From Stellaceae bacterium (GTDB taxonomy: Bacteria; Pseudomonadota; Alphaproteobacteria; ATCC43930; CGMCC-115725): a stretch of DNA of 64,000 bases. Under the pieces are notes generated by a model. That model was given only the letters and a program-made list of their open reading frames with translations. It made no database searches and was not told the origin of the DNA. Shown piece after piece: positions 59,687 to 64,000 of this stretch. Position numbers and translations under genes: made by a program. The stretch lies in the NCBI GenBank assembly GCA_036490955.1, contig DASXCX010000080.1, positions 4,906 to 68,905 of the forward strand. Reading direction: 5' to 3'. Positions within the stretch are counted from its first letter, which is position 1. Every line of letters begins with the position of its first letter.

Positions 59687-60095
59687 TCTTCTGCCGATCA
59701 TTCAATGCGAAGCGCCCGATTTCGATCCGGCGCTGATCCTCGGCTTCGTGCAGACCGAAAGCAGCTTCAACGAGCGCGCGTTTCGCATCGATCGCAACGG
59801 CGGCAGCTACGGCTTGATGCAGCTCGATCTAAGTACCGCGCGCGATCGCGGCTATCCCGGCGATGCCTTCGGTCTTTACGATCCGAAAACCAATATCCAT
59901 TACGGCGTGGCGCAGCTCCGCTGGATCAACCGCTACCTCGCGTCTTATTCGGCGGTCGGCCTGCAATCGATGATCGCCGCATACAACGAAGGCGTGGGCC
60001 GCGTCGTCAAGGGCAATCCCGATCCGCGTTACGTCGCCTCGGTGATCGCGTCGCGCGATCGTTTCCGCGCGATCCTGCATGAAGGCGTGGCATGA
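59670..60095 (+). CDS. Lytic transglycosylase (SLT domain)
   Basis: 141 aa. Catalytic QTESSFN, GLMQL and AYNEG motifs. Confidence 0.8.
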   Translation: MIKPADLLPIIQCEAPDFDPALILGFVQTESSFNERAFRIDRNGGSYGLMQLDLSTARDRGYPGDAFGLYDPKTNIHYGVAQLRWINRYLASYSAVGLQSMIAAYNEGVGRVVKGNPDPRYVASVIASRDRFRAILHEGVA

Positions 60096-60256
60096 CCGTC
60101 ATCGATGCGGATTACGTCCTGAAGCAGCTAGAGGCTCACCAAGCCGAATGCGCGCGGCGCTGGTGGTCCGTGATGAGTTTAGCGATCGGCAATCTGGTGG
60201 TGCTGGTCGCGGGTATGGCGACAATCATCGTCGACCTTCTTAGCCACCATCATTGA
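60092..60256 (+). CDS. 54-aa holin-like single-TM protein
   Basis: Below the track cut-off. MTVIDADYVLKQLEAHQAECARRWWSVMSLAIGNLVVLVAGMATIIVDLLSHHH. ATGA overlap with the SLT gene. Confidence 0.45.
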   Translation: MTVIDADYVLKQLEAHQAECARRWWSVMSLAIGNLVVLVAGMATIIVDLLSHHH

Positions 60257-60266
60257 GGAGAAAAGC

Positions 60267-60452
60267 ATGAACGCTTCGCTACTCGCATTGCTCGCCCTAC
60301 TGGTCGAGAATGCGCCGAAGATCACGGCCGATGCTGTGAAAACCTATGCCGATATCGCCCATGGCGAGGGTGGTCTCGGTAAAGTGCAAACCGCGCTGGC
60401 CGATCTGTCGAAGACGGTGAGCGACGCGGTTGCGGCTCAGCAGGCCGCGTAA
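60267..60452 (+). CDS. Hypothetical 61-aa protein
   Basis: MNASLLALLALLVENAPK... AGGAGAA RBS. Confidence 0.45.
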   Translation: MNASLLALLALLVENAPKITADAVKTYADIAHGEGGLGKVQTALADLSKTVSDAVAAQQAA

Positions 60453-60453
60453 C

Positions 60454-60606
60454 ATGGCCGACGAAACCGAGGAAAAGAAATCGCCGCTCGCCGCGCGCAT
60501 TGCGGCGCTGGAGGACGGGTTCCAAAAGTTGGAGAAGCTGGTGATGAGCCACCACGTCAAATTCAACTGGCCGGAAGAGGCGACCGATGGCGAAGCGAAA
60601 GCGTAA
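60454..60606 (+). CDS. Hypothetical 50-aa charged helical protein
   Basis: Below the track cut-off. MADETEEKKSPLAARIAALEDGFQKLEKLVMSHH... Confidence 0.35.
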   Translation: MADETEEKKSPLAARIAALEDGFQKLEKLVMSHHVKFNWPEEATDGEAKA

Positions 60607-60661
60607 GCGTCGGATGCCGAAGCGCGGCAAAAACGGCCGTTTCAAAAAGCGGCGGTGATCG

Positions 60662-60895
60662 ATGGACGGTGACAGCTCGTCGCAATTCTCGACGGATGCC
60701 CTTGGCAATCTGATCGGCGAAGCGCCGGGCTCACCGTTCATTACCAATTCCGGCGACGCGATCGGCGCGGGCGGTTCGGTGCTCAGCACCGGCGCGGGTA
60801 GCTTGCTCGGCGACCTTGTGCCTTCGCTTCCCTGGTACGTCTGGGTGGCGCTCGGCGTCTTAGGCTTCGTTCTCTTGCGCGATGTGGTGAAGTGA
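60662..60895 (+). CDS. Tail-anchored small membrane protein (MDGD class)
   Basis: MDGDSSSQFS...LPWYVWVALGVLGFVLLRDVVK. Confidence 0.55.
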   Translation: MDGDSSSQFSTDALGNLIGEAPGSPFITNSGDAIGAGGSVLSTGAGSLLGDLVPSLPWYVWVALGVLGFVLLRDVVK

Positions 60896-61182
60896 TGGAC
60901 GGCGACACGGTTCAAGCCAACATCGACGATCAGCCCGGCATTTCGGGCGGCTTCAATCCGCTCGCGTTGATCGATTCGACGCTGAGCGACGCGCAGTTGA
61001 ACAATCTCGCCGGCTCGCCGTCGACCGATGCCGCGCTCGCCTCGGGCGACGAAAGCTTGCTTTCGCAGCTCGGCGCGCCGTCGAGCGCGACGGGCCTCGG
61101 CTCGATCTTCGGCAATGTGCCGAGCTGGTTTCTGATCGGCGCTGTCGGGCTGGTGGTCGTGGCCGTGATGATGAGGAAGTAG
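60892..61182 (+). CDS. Tail-anchored small membrane protein (MDGD class)
   Basis: MMDGDTVQANIDD...VPSWFLIGAVGLVVVAVMMRK. ATGA overlap. Confidence 0.55.
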   Translation: MMDGDTVQANIDDQPGISGGFNPLALIDSTLSDAQLNNLAGSPSTDAALASGDESLLSQLGAPSSATGLGSIFGNVPSWFLIGAVGLVVVAVMMRK

Positions 61183-61184
61183 CG

Positions 61185-61448
61185 ATGGACGGCAGCGACA
61201 CGTCACAGCAAAGCGACGACAGCACGCCGCAAGAAATCCTGGGCGTGTTTCAGGGGAGTGTGTCGACGCCGCTGGGGCCGGCCGATGCGTTCTCGACCTT
61301 GAGCGTCGACCCTTCCGTCCTGGCCGGCAACGCGACGGCGGCCGGCTCGGCTTTCGCGAGCGGCGCGCTTGGGCAGCTCACGCCGTTTCTGCCCTATCTC
61401 GCGATCGGCACCGTCGTGCTGGTCGCGGTGATCGCGCTGAAAGGGTGA
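61185..61448 (+). CDS. Tail-anchored small membrane protein (MDGD class)
   Basis: MDGSDTSQQSDDS...LPYLAIGTVVLVAVIALKG. Confidence 0.55.
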   Translation: MDGSDTSQQSDDSTPQEILGVFQGSVSTPLGPADAFSTLSVDPSVLAGNATAAGSAFASGALGQLTPFLPYLAIGTVVLVAVIALKG

Positions 61449-61894
61449 TCCGGCGCGCGACCGCGGCCGATCTTGATCCCGTCGCGGCGATCGCCGTGGC
61501 GCTTTGCGCGACGTTCGGCCCGGACTATCCCAAGCCCGATCGTTCACATATCCTCGCCGAGCTGCGCCGGGTTATCGAGAACGGTTTTATCCTGGTAAGC
61601 GAAAGGTGCGGGACGATCGATGGCGCGCTGGCTTTGGAGCGCGGCCGGTTTTCATTCTCGGCCGAGCCCGTGATCTTCGATCGCGGATTTTACGCGACGG
61701 GCAGCGGGCGGCAGCTCCTCGCCGCAGCGCGCGCGCTCGGCCGAGCGCTGGGCTTGCCGGTCTATGTCACGCGCTTCACGCGCGCGACCGTGCGGCTCGC
61801 GGCCGAGCGTCCATCGACACGAGTTGAGCGGTGGGGTCGGCCAGACCCTGACGCTATAGCAATCAAAAAATATATCACTGACAGCCCGGCTTGA
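61445..61894 (+). CDS. Hypothetical protein, possibly GNAT-fold
   Basis: 149 aa. GTGA overlap with the upstream gene. Only the N-terminal IRRATAADLDPV resembles GNAT N-termini, so the call is weak. Confidence 0.35.
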   Translation: MIRRATAADLDPVAAIAVALCATFGPDYPKPDRSHILAELRRVIENGFILVSERCGTIDGALALERGRFSFSAEPVIFDRGFYATGSGRQLLAAARALGRALGLPVYVTRFTRATVRLAAERPSTRVERWGRPDPDAIAIKKYITDSPA

Positions 61895-61930
61895 CGGGTC
61901 TCGGTCCCGGCCTTCAACGGGGCTGGCGTG

Positions 61931-62077
61931 CTACGGCGATGGAGCGGGCGCGGCCGGGCAATCGGAGTAGTGGAAAAACGGCATCCCGACTTCGTGACAG
62001 GTCGAGCCGTCCGGCGCTTTCTGGACGTTGACGCAACCGGCGAGCGCGAGGCAAAGCAGCAAAAAAAGCGGTTTCAT
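61931..62077 (-). CDS. 48-aa lipoprotein
   Basis: Below the track cut-off. MKPLFLLLCLALAGCVNVQKAPDGSTCHEVGMPFFHYSDCPAAPAPSP with a LAGC lipobox. Its ATG overlaps (ATGA) the stop of the HTH frame upstream. Confidence 0.5.
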   Translation of the reverse strand: MKPLFLLLCLALAGCVNVQKAPDGSTCHEVGMPFFHYSDCPAAPAPSP

Positions 62078-62504
62078 CCGTTCCCCTTTAAGGTGCGACG
62101 GACGATCTTACACACCGTGACCTCGTGAAGGCCAACCCGGAGTCCGATGGCGGCGTTGGAAAGCCCCCTTCGGGCGAGCCGCATGAGATTTCACGGTCGC
62201 GCGAGATGCGCGCCAGGGCCTTCCTCTGGCGCTCTGTGGCGGCTTTGGAGAACCGTATCGCTGGCTTGCCCCAAATCTTTTCATGCCGCGCGGCCTGATC
62301 GGCGCGATCGCGGGCGAGCGCTGCCAGCACGTCATGCGCCTGGGCGACGGCTTTGAGCGCGTCGGCCGGCAGATCGAGCAGGGGCGAGGGCAAAGCCTCC
62401 CCCAAGGTTTTGCGGTGCCGAGGCACACCCCGAAGGGTTGCGGTGAAACCTTGATTGATTGTTAACACGATGCCCAGGGCGCGTAATCGTGAGCGGCCCG
62501 GCAT
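62074..62504 (-). pseudogene. HTH-domain regulator with an apparent -1 frame break near 62185..62190
   Basis: Frame of 62088..62504 reads ...AATERQRKALARISRDREI, then runs into nonsense. The -1 frame continues (N)LMRLARRGLSNAAIGLRVGLHEVTVCKIVRRTLKGNG* (62184..62074), a clear HTH. Confidence 0.4.
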
Positions 62505-62571
62505 GTCATATGCTCGACTTTGAGATAGCCAGCCATCGCTGAGCTGAGGCAGAGCACGACGAAAACCGTTC

Positions 62572-62757
62572 TCAGCATGGCAACGGCATCCGGGCGAGGA
62601 CGCGGGTGACGGCGTCGGCGCCGGCCAGGGCCAGCTCGCGATCGTGGGTCAAGCCGGGCAGCGGACAGCCCGGCACGTCGCTGACGATATCGCCGATCGC
62701 CGCCGCGAGCTGCTCATAGGCGACCATCAGCGTCAGCAGTTTCTCGCGCTGGGTCAT
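62572..62757 (-). CDS. Hypothetical 61-aa protein
   Basis: ATGA-coupled to 62754..62954. Confidence 0.45.
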   Translation of the reverse strand: MTQREKLLTLMVAYEQLAAAIGDIVSDVPGCPLPGLTHDRELALAGADAVTRVLARMPLPC

Positions 62758-62954
62758 GGCGCTATTTTTTTAGCTGCCAATCTGGCGAAGCGAGCGGCTT
62801 CGCGACGCAGTCGCGCAAGCAACGTGGGACAGGGTGGAATGTCGCCATCGGCAATGGCGCGTTCGATTAGTTTAGCGTGTTCTAAAGCTTCAAGCGCTTT
62901 GTCGAGCAGTTCACGAATCGTTTCGAATTCGAAGCCTTCAGGTATAATCGTCAT
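62754..62954 (-). CDS. Hypothetical 66-aa helical protein
   Basis: MTIIPEGFEFETIRELLDKALEALEHAK... Visibly lower GC than its surroundings. Confidence 0.5.
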   Translation of the reverse strand: MTIIPEGFEFETIRELLDKALEALEHAKLIERAIADGDIPPCPTLLARLRREAARFARLAAKKIAP

Positions 62955-63047
62955 GCTGCGGCTCGCGGGGAGAGAGCGCGGGCGCGGTAATTAGATACCG
63001 CGTTGCCTAAGCCTGGGGACCGATCGGTGCGCCGTTTCCGCCGCCGA

Positions 63048-63075
63048 AACGCGCATAATGTATATTATGGGAAAT
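63048..63075 (+). other. dif: dif (XerC/XerD chromosome-dimer resolution site)
   Basis: AACGCGCATAA-TGTATA-TTATGGGAAAT. 23/28 identical to the E. coli dif 28-mer as I recall it, including the whole central hexamer. Intergenic. Confidence 0.75.
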
Positions 63076-63122
63076 AATGGCGCCACGTTTCACTTCACAT
63101 ACCCAACGGCTAGAGGTAGACA

Positions 63123-63950
63123 ATGTACCTCTATAGCGCCGGCCCGGAACCTTGCGAATCGTCGCCTTGGCAGTCCCGCCGGCTTTGGAGCCTATGGGAC
63201 ATGATGAGACTTAAGGCCGGTAGTTTCATGGCCATGATTGTCAACAATCGAAGCATGCAACTCGTGATGCAAGACATGAACGCGACAATAGAACCGGGAG
63301 TTCGCGACGCGGCCAAAAAGTATATCGAGAATATGAAAAACACATGCGATGAGCTCGGGCTGTCTGTTACATCCGATATGACGGTGTATCTGGCTCAAGC
63401 GCGAACGGTCCAGGATTTTCGCAATGCCATGGCCATGATTGAACGGGCGATGCATTCCGAACTGAACCGGCGTGTATTTGTTGCTCCCGATACCGCTTAC
63501 ATCGAATTTTTTGAGAGATCTACCCTGTTTGGTGAAAGCGTTTTCAATGCCTTCCCTTCCGCAGCAGACGATATTTTTGAAGCTGGGAGTTGCTTGGCTC
63601 TTGAACGCAGTACGGCATGCGTCATGCACCTGATGCGCGTTATGGAATGCGGTCTCGCGGCGCTTGCCGGTGCGGTGGCTGTGGAAAAGCAAAACGATTG
63701 GGGAAGCTACTTGCGGGAGATCACTAGGGAACTGACGCAGCGTGCAAAGACATCTGGCGCTCGCTCACCGGATGAACAGTTTTATGCCGAAGCAGCGGCC
63801 AGTTTTGATCACGTGCGCAGGGCGTGGCGTAATCCAACTATGCATGTCGAACACACGTATCCACCGAAGCGGGCCAAAGAGATATTGGAAGCAGTAAAAT
63901 CTTTTATGAATCATCTCTCGACGAAGATTTCCGAGGAACGACGCGCTTGA
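63123..63950 (+). CDS. Hypothetical protein with HEPN-type RNxxxH motif (possible defence/abortive-infection RNase)
   Basis: 275 aa, all-helical by composition, visibly AT-richer than host genes. WRNPTMH lies at 63828..63845 near the C-terminus. The start is uncertain: the inverted repeat TAGAGGTA-N7-TACCTCTA overlaps ATG 63123, and internal Met codons follow. Confidence 0.5.
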   Translation: MYLYSAGPEPCESSPWQSRRLWSLWDMMRLKAGSFMAMIVNNRSMQLVMQDMNATIEPGVRDAAKKYIENMKNTCDELGLSVTSDMTVYLAQARTVQDFRNAMAMIERAMHSELNRRVFVAPDTAYIEFFERSTLFGESVFNAFPSAADDIFEAGSCLALERSTACVMHLMRVMECGLAALAGAVAVEKQNDWGSYLREITRELTQRAKTSGARSPDEQFYAEAAASFDHVRRAWRNPTMHVEHTYPPKRAKEILEAVKSFMNHLSTKISEERRA

Positions 63951-64000
63951 ACGCCTTATCAAAAGCCTCTGGCGACTCATCCGCCTCTAGCTTCTTGGCG

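Larger units (their letters stand above)
51401..63075. mobile_element. Integrated ~11.6-kb phage-like element flanked by dif and a degenerate dif (candidate IMEX; tailless membrane-containing phage type)
   Basis: 13-bp exact direct repeat CGCATAATGTATA at both ends within 28-bp dif-like sites. The interior holds Rep, ATPase, capsid candidate, membrane proteins and lysis genes, and no recombinase. Confidence 0.7.

Noticed and set aside
51401-63075. Interpretation of the dif-flanked element as a filamentous (Inoviridae) prophage such as CTXphi/VGJphi
   Set aside because: Several features would fit an inovirus: dif integration, an HUH Rep, a P-loop ATPase, and small acidic-TM-basic proteins. 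Against it, the ATPase is only 198 aa with no TM or C-terminal Zot-like domain. There are also a 358-aa and a 277-aa beta-rich soluble protein, a lytic transglycosylase and a holin-like gene, none of which is typical of inoviruses. I keep it as the main alternative hypothesis, not fully excluded.
63904-64000. Partial minus-strand ORF entering from the right edge (..AKKLEADESPEAFDKAFKRVVPRKSSSRDDS*)
   Set aside because: Only 32 codons are visible, with no recognisable motif, and it overlaps the 3' end of the HEPN-motif gene by ~47 nt. This is not enough evidence to call it.

Overview
High-GC alphaproteobacterial (Rhizobiales-like) chromosomal DNA. The backbone is housekeeping and metabolic. 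It contains the conserved block ispDF-pgpA-cinA / dusB-ntrB-ntrC-ntrY-ntrX ... hfq-hflX, two tRNAs (Pro-UGG, Arg-UCU), and an orphan CODH-like coxG/S/M set. It also holds a nickel/copper-handling cluster (NiCoT-DUF2946-OMP-copC-copD-PCuAC), a lipid-modification operon (PmtA-like methyltransferase, LpxH-like phosphoesterase, GT4), several orphan NMT1-type binding proteins and two Tat-signal amidohydrolases. The main result is at the right end. A 28-bp site at 63048..63075 matches the XerC/XerD dif consensus very well, and a degenerate second copy lies at 51401..51428. The two share an exact 13-bp direct repeat, CGCATAATGTATA. They bracket an ~11.6-kb insert with no integrase. Its genes look like those of a tailless, internal-membrane icosahedral phage: an HUH rolling-circle Rep, an FtsK/HerA-type ~200-aa ATPase, a 358-aa beta-rich capsid candidate, at least 8 small tail-anchored membrane proteins, a 277-aa spike/penton candidate, a lytic transglycosylase and a holin-like peptide. 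A DUF3693-like repressor sits at its left end. I read this as a Xer-exploiting integrated element (IMEX) at the replication terminus. Just beyond dif is a visibly AT-richer gene with an RNxxxH (HEPN-type) motif. All homology calls come from motif and architecture recognition by eye; no searches were run. Many long antisense ORFs in the track are high-GC artefacts and were ignored.
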